Shown: piece by piece, positions 56,144-64,000 of the stretch
Numbering within the stretch: position 1 is the stretch's first letter
How the letters are laid out: the number at the start of each line of letters is the position of its first letter
Assembly: GCA_963766325.1 (NCBI GenBank)
Contig: CAVXZF010000007.1
Location: 1,191,794 to 1,255,793 of the forward strand
Reading direction: 5' to 3'
DNA length: 64,000 bases
From: an uncultured Actinomycetota bacterium
GTDB taxonomy: Bacteria; Actinomycetota; Actinomycetes; Mycobacteriales; CADCTP01
Program-made: the position numbers and the translations under genes
The notes under the pieces: generated by a model
Told to the model about the DNA's origin: nothing
Database searches by the model: none
The model's input: only the letters and a program-made list of their open reading frames with translations

Positions 56144-58237
56144 TTAGGCCAGCCCCTGCAAGGTGAACGCGGCGGGTAACACCGTCAGCACGGTGCCCAC
56201 CCCGATGGTGATGATCGCGGTGAGCAGGTCGAGCTCGTGGCCGTACCGGCGGCGCAGCGCGCGGGCCACCACCAGCATGCCGATGAGCGCGGCGCCGACG
56301 GCCGGGGCGGCGTAGAACGGCCAGGTCGACCACAGCCGGTAGAAGCCCAGCCAGACCCCGAGGCCGACGGCGGCGCCGGTGAGCGTCTGGGCCAGGAAGA
56401 TGCCCCACTGGAGGACCAGCGAGAGCTCCTCGGCGTACGCGTCCTCGGCGTACGGGTCCTCGACCGGCTCCGGCGCGTCGGCCAGCCGGAACGCGCTGCG
56501 GGCCCGGTGCGCGCCGGTGTCGGTGACCTCGTCCGGATCGGTCACGCGCGGCTGCAGCGCGGTCGCGCCGGCGACCAGGTCGGCCCGGGTGGCGCCGCCG
56601 CGGCGCCGGCCCTTCGTCTCCTCCGGCTGGGCCACGGCCAGGTCGGCGCGGGTGGCGTTGGCGCGGCGCCGGCCCCGGGTTTCCTCGGCCTCGGGCGGCG
56701 CGGCCAGGTCGGCGCGGGTCGCCCCGGCGCGGCGCCGGCCCCCGGTCTCCCCCGCCTCTGGCGGCGCCGCCAGGTCGGCCTGGGTCGCGCCGGACCGCCG
56801 CCGGCCCCGCCCCTCGGCTGGCTCGGGGGCGCCGAGCCGGGACGGGCCGGCGCCCGAGTCCGCGACGCCCGGCGGACGCAGCCGGGTGCTGGTGTCGACA
56901 CCCGCCCGCGCACCGGGCTGGGCACCCGGGTCGGCAACGCCCGGCGGCCGCAGCCGGCTGCTCGTGTCGGTGCCAGGCCGGGCGAGCCCGTTGCTTCCCA
57001 GCTGCGAGAGGCCGGCGCTCGAGTCGGCCGGCCTCAGCCGCGAGGCGGTGTCCGCCGCGTCGGGCCGGCGCGACCTCGACGCGGTGTCCGCCGCGTCGGG
57101 CCGGCGCAGCCGGCTGCTGGTCTCGACACCCGGCCGCCCGCCGTCCGGCGCACCGAGCCGCGCCAGCCCGACGCCCGAGTCGGCCGCCCCAGGCACCCCG
57201 AGCCGCGAGCGACCCGGGTCAGCGCCACCAGGCGCACCGAGCCGCGGCAGCCCGGTGCCGGAGTCGGCACGGCTCTGACCACGCCCGGGCAACCCAGTCC
57301 CCGAGTCCGCCCGCGACTGCCCGAGCCGGGGCAACCCGGTCCCCGAGTCCGCCCGCGACTGGCCGAGGCCAGGCAGGCCGGTGCCGCTGTCCGCGCGGGA
57401 CTGACCACGGCGAGAGTGACCGGTCCCGGAGTCAGCGCGCGACTGCCCGAGGGGCGGGAGAGCGGTGTTGGAGTCGGCCCGCGACTGGCCGAGGCCAGGC
57501 AGGCCGGTGCCGCTGTCCGCGCGGGACTGACCAGGGCGGGAGTGGCCCGTGCCGGAGTCGGCGCGGGACTGACCGAGGCGGGGCTGGCCGGGGCCGGTGT
57601 CCGCGCGGGACTGACCAGGGCGGGAGTGGCCCGTGCCGGAGTCGGCGCGGGACTGGCCGAGGCGGGGCTGGCCGGCGCCGGGGTCAGTGGTGCGGGGGGC
57701 GCCGGGGCGGGGCGAAGCGGTGCCGGAGTCGGCGGCGCGGCCCGCGCCGGGCAGACCGGTCGCGGGGTCGGCGGGGTGGGTGGGCGGGCGCACCCGGGAC
57801 GAGGTGTCCGCGCCGGGGCGGCGCAGCCGCGAGCTGGTCTCCTCGGCCGGCGGCACCCGGCCGGCCCGGGTCGCCCCGGCCCGGCGGCGCCCACGGGCCG
57901 GCTCCGGCTCCGGCGCCGGCCGCAGGTCGGCCCGCCCCGCGGACAGCGGGAACGACGCCGCCCCGCCGGGCGGCGGCCCGTCGACGACCGGCGGCTGGCC
58001 GCCGGTCTTGTCCCACCAGTTCTCGCCCCAGGTCCCGGTGTCCTCCAGCGACCGCGCCCCCCGCCCGGAGGCGGAGGCGCCGGGAGCGGGAGCAGCCGGA
58101 CCGGGAGCCGCAGGTCCCGGAGCAGCGGGTCCGGGAGCGGTGGGCGGCACGTACGGCGGCGGCGACGGGTACATCGGTCCCCCCGCTGGCAGCGCCGGCG
58201 CCGGCGCGGCCCCGCCGGACCGCGAATGTCGTCCCAT
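56144..58237 (-). CDS. Repeat-rich Pro/Arg/Ser protein with a C-terminal 3-TM anchor (conserved actinobacterial membrane protein type)
   Basis: ATG at 58237 with GGAGAG 7 nt upstream. About 10 tandem 14-aa [10 protein letters not shown](L/H)(P/S)x(L/P) units, 4 units of GRRR.GAT.ADLA..PE.EET, and several TSSRLRP units. C-terminal helices [22 protein letters not shown]..., ...[31 protein letters not shown]. Confidence 0.75.
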   Translation of the reverse strand: MGRHSRSGGAAPAPALPAGGPMYPSPPPYVPPTAPGPAAPGPAAPGPAAPAPGASASGRGARSLEDTGTWGENWWDKTGGQPPVVDGPPPGGAASFPLSAGRADLRPAPEPEPARGRRRAGATRAGRVPPAEETSSRLRRPGADTSSRVRPPTHPADPATGLPGAGRAADSGTASPRPGAPRTTDPGAGQPRLGQSRADSGTGHSRPGQSRADTGPGQPRLGQSRADSGTGHSRPGQSRADSGTGLPGLGQSRADSNTALPPLGQSRADSGTGHSRRGQSRADSGTGLPGLGQSRADSGTGLPRLGQSRADSGTGLPGRGQSRADSGTGLPRLGAPGGADPGRSRLGVPGAADSGVGLARLGAPDGGRPGVETSSRLRRPDAADTASRSRRPDAADTASRLRPADSSAGLSQLGSNGLARPGTDTSSRLRPPGVADPGAQPGARAGVDTSTRLRPPGVADSGAGPSRLGAPEPAEGRGRRRSGATQADLAAPPEAGETGGRRRAGATRADLAAPPEAEETRGRRRANATRADLAVAQPEETKGRRRGGATRADLVAGATALQPRVTDPDEVTDTGAHRARSAFRLADAPEPVEDPYAEDAYAEELSLVLQWGIFLAQTLTGAAVGLGVWLGFYRLWSTWPFYAAPAVGAALIGMLVVARALRRRYGHELDLLTAIITIGVGTVLTVLPAAFTLQGLA

Positions 58238-58332
58238 CCCGCACTCTCCAACCACGTCGGTCGACGGAGAATGACACCTCGTCAGTGGCCTGTAGAGCAA
58301 ATCCGCCACGCGCCGTGCCGTACCGTGACCGC

Positions 58333-59100
58333 GTGACGGTGGCCATCCGCTCCGAGGTGGGCCTGGACTTCGCCCGGGAGTGGGTCGAGTTCGTCGACCC
58401 GGCCGACGCCGAGCACCTCGTCCGGGCCGACCTGACCTGGCTGTGCTCGCGCTGGACCTGCATCTTCGGCCGCGGCTGCCAGGGCATCCTGGAGGACCGC
58501 CCGGACGACGGCTGCTGCAGTCACGGAGCGTTCTATTCCGACACCGCCGACGAGAAGCGGGTCAACCGCGCGGCCAAGGACCTGACACCGGCGGACTGGC
58601 AGTTCCACAAGGTGGGCGCCAAGCGCGGCATCACCGTCCGGGACACCGTCGGCGACGACGACCGGCGCCGCCGGACCCGGACCGTGGACGGCGCCTGCAT
58701 CTTCCTCAACCGGCCCGGCTTCGCCGGCGGCGAGGGCTGCGCGCTGCACGCGCTGGCGCTGCGCACCGGCCGGCATCCGCTGGAGACCAAGCCGGACGTG
58801 TGCTGGCAGCTGCCGGTGCGCCGGGAGCAGGAGTGGGTGGACCGGCCGGACGGGACGCGGGTGCTGGTCTCGACGGTCACCGAGTTCGACCGGCGGTCCT
58901 GGGGCGAGGGCGGGCACGACCTGCACTGGTGGTGCACGTCGTCCCCGGACGCGCACGCCGCCGGCGAGGCGCTCTACGTCTCCTACGCCGCCGAGCTCAC
59001 CGCCCTCCTCGGCGCCCCCGCCTACGCCGAGCTCACCCGCCTCTGCACCCTCCGCCTCACCTCCCCTCTCCTCGCCCCCCACCCCGCCACCCCCACCTGA
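58333..59100 (+). CDS. Conserved Cys-rich hypothetical protein (actinobacterial, possible metal/FeS-binding)
   Basis: 255 aa with clustered Cys ([48 protein letters not shown]). GTG at 58333. The stop TGA lies inside the left palindromic repeat. Confidence 0.72.
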   Translation: MTVAIRSEVGLDFAREWVEFVDPADAEHLVRADLTWLCSRWTCIFGRGCQGILEDRPDDGCCSHGAFYSDTADEKRVNRAAKDLTPADWQFHKVGAKRGITVRDTVGDDDRRRRTRTVDGACIFLNRPGFAGGEGCALHALALRTGRHPLETKPDVCWQLPVRREQEWVDRPDGTRVLVSTVTEFDRRSWGEGGHDLHWWCTSSPDAHAAGEALYVSYAAELTALLGAPAYAELTRLCTLRLTSPLLAPHPATPT

Positions 59101-59164
59101 CCCGGCGTCGGTGAGCAACACGCCGTACGGAAGGCGCGGAATCTCACCGAGGGCGGGTCAAGTG
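59093..59164. repeat. ~72-nt nested palindromic element, left copy
   Basis: CCACCTGACCC..GGTGAGC..CCGTACGG..CTCACCGA..GGGTCAAGTG. Outer and inner stems are complementary. It shares all five blocks in the same order with 60081-60153. Confidence 0.72.
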
Positions 59165-60025
59165 AAAGGCGCGCCGGACCCGGTCGGCGACGGCGGCGGG
59201 GGACGAGGCGATCTGGGCCCAGGTGACGCGGACCACCCGGTAGCCGAGCTCCTCGAGCCTCTCCTGCCGCAGCTTCTCGGACCGGAGCGCCTCGGGCTGG
59301 TCGTACTTGAGCAGCCCGTCCGCCTCGACGACGGTCAGCTGCCGGGGCCAGAGGAAGTCGACCCGGGCCGCCCAGTCGCCGTCGCGGATCCACGCCTGCA
59401 GGGTCGGCGGCGGGAGGCCCTGCCGATGGAACGCGAGCCGGCAGACCGACTCGAGCGGTGACTCGGCCGCCCCGTCGGCGAAGTCAACCACCCGCCGCGC
59501 CGTCCGCATCCCGGGCCACCGGGCGCAATCGACGAGCACGCCGACGAGCTGCGCCGAGGTGACCGCGCCGGTCCGCAGCGCGGCGTCGGCCGTCACCACG
59601 CCCGGCCGCATCCCGAGCCAGCGGGCGAGGTCGACGACCGTCCGCGCCGGACCGGTGACCGGGATGCCGTCGACGATGGTCGTGTGCCAGCGCGGGAGGC
59701 CGGCGGCGTGGACGCGCAGCCCGCCGGTCCGCACTGGTGTCCGCACCGTCCGGGGCAGGGTGACCGCCGCTTCCCGCGGCAGGTGCAGCAGCGGCAGGCC
59801 GTGCAGCAGCGCGGCGACCTCGTGGCTGACGACGGCACCGGCCGGCTGGGCGAGCACCCCGGCGGCCGCCGCGAGCCGCAGCTGCGCGGACCGCTCCTCG
59901 GGCGGCGGGCCTGTCGCGTAGACGCCGCGGCGCACCGGCACCAGCTCGCCGCGGCGGCGCCCCCGCGCGATCGCCACATCCCCGTACCCCGCCTCCACCA
60001 GCTGCTTCCGGGTGACCAACTCCAC
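59144..60025 (-). CDS. AbiEi-N-like / DUF559 (Vsr-endonuclease-like) domain protein
   Basis: N-terminus LVTRKQLVEAGYGD..I.RGRRRGELVPVRRGVY is the AbiEi_4-type wHTH. C-terminus ESPLESVCRL...VDFLWPRQLTVVEADG..KY is the DUF559 restriction-endonuclease-like fold. Confidence 0.8.
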   Translation of the reverse strand: MELVTRKQLVEAGYGDVAIARGRRRGELVPVRRGVYATGPPPEERSAQLRLAAAAGVLAQPAGAVVSHEVAALLHGLPLLHLPREAAVTLPRTVRTPVRTGGLRVHAAGLPRWHTTIVDGIPVTGPARTVVDLARWLGMRPGVVTADAALRTGAVTSAQLVGVLVDCARWPGMRTARRVVDFADGAAESPLESVCRLAFHRQGLPPPTLQAWIRDGDWAARVDFLWPRQLTVVEADGLLKYDQPEALRSEKLRQERLEELGYRVVRVTWAQIASSPAAVADRVRRAFHLTRPR

Positions 60026-60080
60026 CCATCAACCCTGGTCACCCCTCGCCCGCCCCCGCTCCCCCCGTCCACAACCCCCA

Positions 60081-60153
60081 CCACTTGACCCACTGCCGGT
60101 GAGTTACTGCGGCCTCCGTACGGCGAGTCGCTCACCGACACCGGGTCAAGTGG
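60081..60153. repeat. ~72-nt nested palindromic element, right copy
   Basis: CCACTTGACCC (60081-60091) pairs with GGGTCAAGTGG (60143-60153). GGTGAG (60098-60103) pairs with CTCACC (60131-60136). Central CCGTACGG. It is a direct repeat of 59093-59164. Confidence 0.72.
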
Positions 60154-60163
60154 GGCGCGAGGG

Positions 60164-60847
60164 TTAGGTTTCGAATTTGTAGCCGAGGCCGCGGACGGTG
60201 ACGAGGTGGCGGGGGTTGGCGGGGTCGGGCTCGATCTTGGCGCGCAGGCGCTTGACGTGGACATCGAGGGTCTTGGTGTCGCCGACGTAGTCGGCGCCCC
60301 AGACCCGGTCGATCAGCTGGCCGCGGGTCAGCACCCGCCCGGCGTTGCGCAGCAGCAGCTCGAGCAGGTCGAACTCCTTCAGCGGCATCGGCACCGGATC
60401 CCCGTTGACGGAGACGACGTGCCGCTCGATGTCCATCCGGACCGGGCCGGCCTCCAGTGATGCCACCGCCTCCGACTCGGCGGCAGTGCCCCGCCGGCGC
60501 AGCACCGCCCGGATCCGGGCGACCAGCTCGCGGGAGGAGAAGGGCTTGGTCACGTAGTCGTCGGCGCCCAGCTCCAGGCCGACGACCTTGTCGATCTCGC
60601 TGTCCCGGGCGGTGAGCATGATCACCGGCACCGAGGACCGCTGCCGCAGCGTGCGGCACACCTCGGTGCCGGACAGCCCGGGCAGCATCAGGTCGAGCAG
60701 CACCAGGTCGGCCCCGGACCGGTCGAACTCCGTCAGCGCGTCCGGCCCGGTGGCCGCCACGGCGACCTCGAAGCCCTCCCGGCGCAACATGTACGACAGC
60801 GCATCGGAGAACGACTCCTCGTCCTCCACCACGAGCACACGGGTCAC
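60164..60847 (-). CDS. regX3: OmpR-family response regulator RegX3
   Basis: REC domain VLVVEDEESFSDAL...DLVLLDLMLPGLSG plus a winged helix LTRGQLIDRVWG...TLDVHVKRLRAKIE..P..P..L.TVRGLGYKF. GTG at 60847 in a GTGA overlap with senX3. Confidence 0.92.
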   Translation of the reverse strand: MTRVLVVEDEESFSDALSYMLRREGFEVAVAATGPDALTEFDRSGADLVLLDLMLPGLSGTEVCRTLRQRSSVPVIMLTARDSEIDKVVGLELGADDYVTKPFSSRELVARIRAVLRRRGTAAESEAVASLEAGPVRMDIERHVVSVNGDPVPMPLKEFDLLELLLRNAGRVLTRGQLIDRVWGADYVGDTKTLDVHVKRLRAKIEPDPANPRHLVTVRGLGYKFET

Positions 60848-62043
60848 GCGGTCCCCTTCTCCAGGATCCGGGCCGGCGCGGGCGCCGGCTCCTCCGGCCG
60901 TACGGTCGCGGCGGGCAGCCGCAGGGTGAACGTGGAGCCGGACCCCTCCACGCTCCACACCGAGACACCGCCACCGTGGTTGGTCGCGATGTGCTTGACG
61001 ATGGCCAGCCCGAGCCCGGTGCCGCCGGTGGCCCGGGAGCGCGCCGGGTCGGCGCGGTAGAAGCGCTCGAAGACCCGCTCCAGGTCCGCCTCGGCGATGC
61101 CGATGCCCTGGTCGCTGACCGAGATCTCGACGGTGCCCTCGCGGCTGCGGACGCCGACCGCGACCCGGGTGCCGGCGGGGCTGTACGCCACCGCGTTGTC
61201 GATCAGGTTGACCAGCGCGGTGACCAGCTGCGACTCGCTGCCGCGGACGGTGAGCCGGCGCTGCCCGCCGGCCACCACGGCGATGCCGGCGGCGTCGGCG
61301 GCCAGCCGGGCCCGGTCGAGCGCCTCGGCCACCACCGCGTCCACCGACACCGCGGCCGGCGCCGGCAGCGGCTCGGCGCCCTGCAGCCGGGACAGCTCGA
61401 TCAGCTCGGCGACCAGCCGGCCGAGCCGGGTGCCCTCGTGCTGCATCCGGCCGGCGAACCGACGGATCGCCTCCGGGTCGTCGGCGGCGTCCTGCACCGC
61501 CTCGGCGAGCAGGGTCAGCGCGCCGATCGGGGTCTTCAGCTCGTGCGAGACGTTGGCGACGAAATCCCGGCGCACCTTTTCCAGCCGGCGGGCCTCGGTG
61601 ACGTCCTCCAGCAGCAGCGCCACGTAGCCGGACTCGACCAGCGGCGAGACCTGCACGCACACCGCGATCGGCTCCCGGCCGAGGCGGCCGCGCGGCGTGT
61701 CCACCACCGCCTGCCGCGGTTTGCCGTCGCGGCGGGCGTCCCGGGCCAGCCGGCGCAGCTCGTCCACCACGACCCGGCCACCGCGGACGACGCCCATCCG
61801 GCGGGCGGCCGGGTTGGCCAGCACCACCTCGTCGGCCTGGTCGACGACGATCGTGGCCGAGCCCATCACCTCGAGCACCCGGCGGGCCAGCGCGGGCGGC
61901 ACCACGCCGGTGGCCGGCGGCGGCGCGGCGGGCGGTGGCGCGGCCGGGAGCGGGCCGGGGGCGCGGCGGGTCAGCGCCAGCGCCACGGCCACCCCCGCGA
62001 CCACGCCCAGGAGCAGGGCGGCGGTCACCGCCACGACGTCCAC
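60844..62043 (-). CDS. senX3: Sensor histidine kinase SenX3
   Basis: N-terminal TM helix, a PAS-like region, H-box RRDFVANVSHELKTP, N/G boxes NLIDNAVAYSP and GGTGLGLAIVKH. I prefer the GTG at 62043 because it starts at the TM helix and leaves the GTTCACC repeats in the promoter. The track ORF start at 62142 is the alternative. Confidence 0.88.
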   Translation of the reverse strand: MDVVAVTAALLLGVVAGVAVALALTRRAPGPLPAAPPPAAPPPATGVVPPALARRVLEVMGSATIVVDQADEVVLANPAARRMGVVRGGRVVVDELRRLARDARRDGKPRQAVVDTPRGRLGREPIAVCVQVSPLVESGYVALLLEDVTEARRLEKVRRDFVANVSHELKTPIGALTLLAEAVQDAADDPEAIRRFAGRMQHEGTRLGRLVAELIELSRLQGAEPLPAPAAVSVDAVVAEALDRARLAADAAGIAVVAGGQRRLTVRGSESQLVTALVNLIDNAVAYSPAGTRVAVGVRSREGTVEISVSDQGIGIAEADLERVFERFYRADPARSRATGGTGLGLAIVKHIATNHGGGVSVWSVEGSGSTFTLRLPAATVRPEEPAPAPARILEKGTA

Positions 62044-62112
62044 GCCCCGATCGTACGGTCGGCGCGGCGCCCGTCCGCCCTGCTCAGCGCCGGTTGCGAG
62101 GCGGGAGCCGAG

Positions 62113-62145
62113 GTATTCACCGGTCGTACGGGCGGTGTTCACCGC
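62113..62145. promoter_or_regulatory. Candidate PHO-box-like direct repeats in the senX3/phoU divergent region
   Basis: GTATTCACCGG (62113) and GTGTTCACCGC (62135) are 22 nt (2 x 11) apart. The GTTCACC core resembles PhoP/RegX3-type direct-repeat units. Confidence 0.35.
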
Positions 62146-62213
62146 GGCACCGGCCGGCGGTGGCCCGCCGGACTACCCTCGGAGCGGCCGGGGGTTGTGG
62201 AGAAGGGGTGCGG

Positions 62214-62906
62214 ATGCGCGAGACGTTCCACGGCGAGCTCGACCTCATCGGGCAGACGCTGGTCGACATGACCGGCGCCGTCGGCGTGGCGATGCAGGAC
62301 GCCACCTCGGCGCTGCTGGACGCCGATCTCACCGTCGCCGAGCGCGTCATCTCCGCCGACGCCGCGGTCGACCAGCTGCGCGACGATCTGGAGCAGCGGG
62401 CCTTCGACCTGCTGGCCCGGCAGCAGCCGGTCGCCCGCGACCTGCGGACGATCATCACCAGCCTGCACGCGGTGGCCGACCTGGAGCGGATGGGCGACCT
62501 GGCGCTGCACGTGGCCAAGGTGGCCCGGATGCGCTACCCGTCCTGCGCGGTGCCGGCGGAGGTGCGCGGCACCATCAAGGAGATGGGCGACGTCGCGCAG
62601 AACATCGTGGACAAGACCCACCAGGTGCTGGAGGGCCGGGACCTCGAGCTGGCCGAGCAGCTGGAGCGCGAGGACGACGCGATGGACACCCTGCACCGGC
62701 GGCTGTTCTCGCTGCTGCTGTCCGACGACTGGGCGCACGGGATCGAGCCGGCCATCGACATCACGCTGATCGGCCGCTACTACGAGCGCTACGCCGACCA
62801 CGCGGTCTCGGTCGCCCGGGAGACGATCTATCTGGTCACCGGCGAGCAGCCGCCGCCGTCGGCGGCGATCCGCGGCGGCGCCACCCAGACCGCCCTGGGT
62901 GTGTGA
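62214..62906 (+). CDS. phoU: Phosphate signalling complex protein PhoU
   Basis: 230 aa with two PhoU repeats (DLERMGDLALHVAK and GRYYERYADHAVSVA). ATG at 62214 after GGAGAAGGGG. Confidence 0.92.
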   Translation: MRETFHGELDLIGQTLVDMTGAVGVAMQDATSALLDADLTVAERVISADAAVDQLRDDLEQRAFDLLARQQPVARDLRTIITSLHAVADLERMGDLALHVAKVARMRYPSCAVPAEVRGTIKEMGDVAQNIVDKTHQVLEGRDLELAEQLEREDDAMDTLHRRLFSLLLSDDWAHGIEPAIDITLIGRYYERYADHAVSVARETIYLVTGEQPPPSAAIRGGATQTALGV

Positions 62907-63031
62907 CCTTTGACACCTTTGCGGGGTCAGTCCAGGACACCGGGCCGGCATCCCTGGCCGTGGTCGGCGGCGTCCTGCTGACGCTGGCCGCGCTCGGCAG
63001 GTTCGCCGCCCTGGCCACCGCCTCGGGCTGA
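62903..63031 (+). CDS. Candidate 42-aa hydrophobic micro-protein coupled to phoU (VTFDTFAGSVQDTGPASLAVVGGVLLTLAALGRFAALATASG)
   Basis: GTG at 62903 overlaps the phoU stop (GTGTGA). 38/42 codons end in G/C. One predicted TM helix. No independent RBS. Confidence 0.4.
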   Translation: MTFDTFAGSVQDTGPASLAVVGGVLLTLAALGRFAALATASG

Positions 63032-63089
63032 CCCGGCCGGTTCGTACGCTGGACGCCGGCGGCCACCCCGGCCGCCCGGCGGAGGCGAG

Positions 63090-63857
63090 ATGGCGACCGA
63101 GCTCACCGGGACCGGCGACCCGGCCCGCAGCATGGCGCTGCTGTGGCGCGATCCGGCGCCGGCCGGACCCCGCCGCGGCCCCAAGGCCGGGCTGGACGTG
63201 GACCGGATCGTCGCCGCCGCGGTGGCGGTCGCCGACGCCGAGGGGCTGGCCGCGCTGTCCATGCGCCGGGTGGCGGCCGAGCTGGGGGTGGGCGCGATGT
63301 CGCTCTACACCCACGTCCCGGGCAAGGGCGAGCTGGTCGACCTGATGCTGGACAGCGTGCTGGGCGAGCTCTACCCGAGCCCGCCGGCGGGCGACTGGCG
63401 GGAGCGGCTGACCACGGTGGCCCGGGCCAACTGGGACCTCTTCGTGCGGCACCCCTGGGCGCTGCACGTCGCCACCGGCCGGCCGCCGCTCGGCCCCAAC
63501 CTGATGGCCAAGTACGAGCACGAGCTGCGTGCCGTCGACGGCCTCGGGCTGACCGAGCTGCAGATGGACCTCGTGATCACGCTGGTCAACGGCTTCGTCC
63601 GGGGCACGGTGAGCGGGGTCGAGGAGAAGGCGGAGGCCGAGCGGGCCACCGGGGTGACCGAGGACGAGTGGTGGGCGGCGACCGAGCCCTACCTGGCCGC
63701 CGTCTTCGACGCCGCGCGCTTCCCGACCGCGGCCCGGGTCGGCCCGGTCGTCGGGGCCGAGCTGCAGGCCGCGTACGACCCGGCGCGCAGCTTCGACTTC
63801 GGGCTGGCGGTGCTGCTGGACGGGGTCGGGCGGCTGGTCAGCGGCCCTGGTTCTTGA
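63090..63857 (+). CDS. TetR-family transcriptional regulator (TetR_C_x type)
   Basis: [43 protein letters not shown] and the C-terminal regulatory domain WRERL...HPW. 255 aa. Confidence 0.88.
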   Translation: MATELTGTGDPARSMALLWRDPAPAGPRRGPKAGLDVDRIVAAAVAVADAEGLAALSMRRVAAELGVGAMSLYTHVPGKGELVDLMLDSVLGELYPSPPAGDWRERLTTVARANWDLFVRHPWALHVATGRPPLGPNLMAKYEHELRAVDGLGLTELQMDLVITLVNGFVRGTVSGVEEKAEAERATGVTEDEWWAATEPYLAAVFDAARFPTAARVGPVVGAELQAAYDPARSFDFGLAVLLDGVGRLVSGPGS

Positions 63858-64000
63858 CCGCGTCGATGGCGGCGGCGGCCGCGGTCGGGTCGAGGTACTC
63901 GCCGCCGGCCCGCACCGGCCGGAGCGTGCCCGGGTCGAGGTCGTAGCGCAGCGGGATGCCGGTCGGGATGTTGAGCCCGACGACCTCCTCGTCGCCGAGG
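63838..64000 (-). CDS. gpmA: 3' end of 2,3-bisphosphoglycerate-dependent phosphoglycerate mutase (partial, continues off the right edge)
   Basis: The minus-strand translation ...[53 protein letters not shown] matches the dPGM C-terminus. It overlaps the convergent TetR 3' end by 20 nt. Confidence 0.8.
   Translation of the reverse strand, partial: LGDEEVVGLNIPTGIPLRYDLDPGTLRPVRAGGEYLDPTAAAAAIDAVKNQGR

Noticed and set aside
57239-57658. Regular 42-nt tandem repeats that might be taken for a CRISPR-like array.
   Set aside because: The units are contiguous with no unique spacers. They are in frame within a long ORF and encode a repeating peptide. No cas genes are nearby.
60162-60176. GGTTAGGTTTCGAAT, which superficially resembles a tRNA T-arm (GGTTCGAAT).
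   Set aside because: It is the 3' end of regX3 (…GYKFET stop) on the opposite strand. No acceptor, D or anticodon arms can be built around it. No tRNA was found elsewhere in the window.
60844-60847. I expected a MIRU-type element in the senX3-regX3 junction, as in M. tuberculosis.
   Set aside because: Here the two genes overlap directly (GTGA) with no spacer. The MIRU-like elements of this genome sit at other junctions (mqnC, rex-hemA, ABC ATPase-permease).
60844-62142. The longer senX3 start at 62142 (MNTARTTGEYLGSRLATGAEQGG...).
   Set aside because: The extra 33 residues precede the N-terminal TM helix, which is where SenX3 homologs begin. The longer form would also bury the GTTCACC direct repeats inside coding sequence. 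The GTG at 62043 is preferred, though not proven.

Overview
This is a 64-kb, very GC-rich (roughly 72-74% by eye), almost gap-free coding segment of an actinomycete chromosome. No homology search was possible. All calls rest on motifs I recognise in the supplied translations, plus hand inspection of start codons, RBS, stop/start overlaps and third-position GC. I call about 65 protein genes, mostly on the minus strand, many joined by GTGA/ATGA stop-start overlaps.

Core content:
- Futalosine-route menaquinone genes: mqnC, mqnA, mqnE and a UbiD/UbiA/UbiX-type trio.
- A rex-hemA-hemC-hemD/cobA-hemB operon behind a perfect Rex operator, plus hemL.
- Cytochrome c maturation genes tlpA-ccdA-resB-ccsB.
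- proC and proline dehydrogenase; senX3-regX3 and phoU.
- A MacAB-type ABC efflux set, and two paralogous MMPL transporters flanking a TetR.
- bldC, lrp, bS22, FadD, a PlsC-like acyltransferase, an epimerase, and a partial gpmA at the right edge.

Gene order parallels, as I recall it, the mycobacterial gpm1-senX3-regX3...proC...hemACDB...hemL-ccs neighbourhood. I saw no rRNA, tRNA, CRISPR, transposase or integrase.

Most interesting observations:
1. A MIRU-like intercistronic repeat in 3 copies. It supplies the upstream stop codon, the downstream RBS and start, and a coupled mini-ORF. In one copy it is fused onto an ABC ATPase.
2. An accessory block: ECF sigma, a coupled partner, a 46-codon repeat micro-ORF, an atypical LuxR, and a TPR-CHAT caspase-like protease.
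3. hemB appears to carry a ~220-aa repeat-rich N-terminal extension. Its only usable start codon is GTGA-coupled to hemD.
4. A giant Trp-punctuated low-complexity protein changes frame at a GTGTGT run into a ParA/MinD-like ATPase.
5. A DUF559/AbiEi-like gene is bracketed by two direct copies of a ~72-nt nested palindrome.
6. A CCGACTGAGCAG repeat/hairpin family donates the TGA stop codons of flanking genes.
7. Several coding VNTR-like repeats and two unannotated small ORFs.

I could not identify a clear-cut novel multi-gene system beyond item 2, and that one remains inference.
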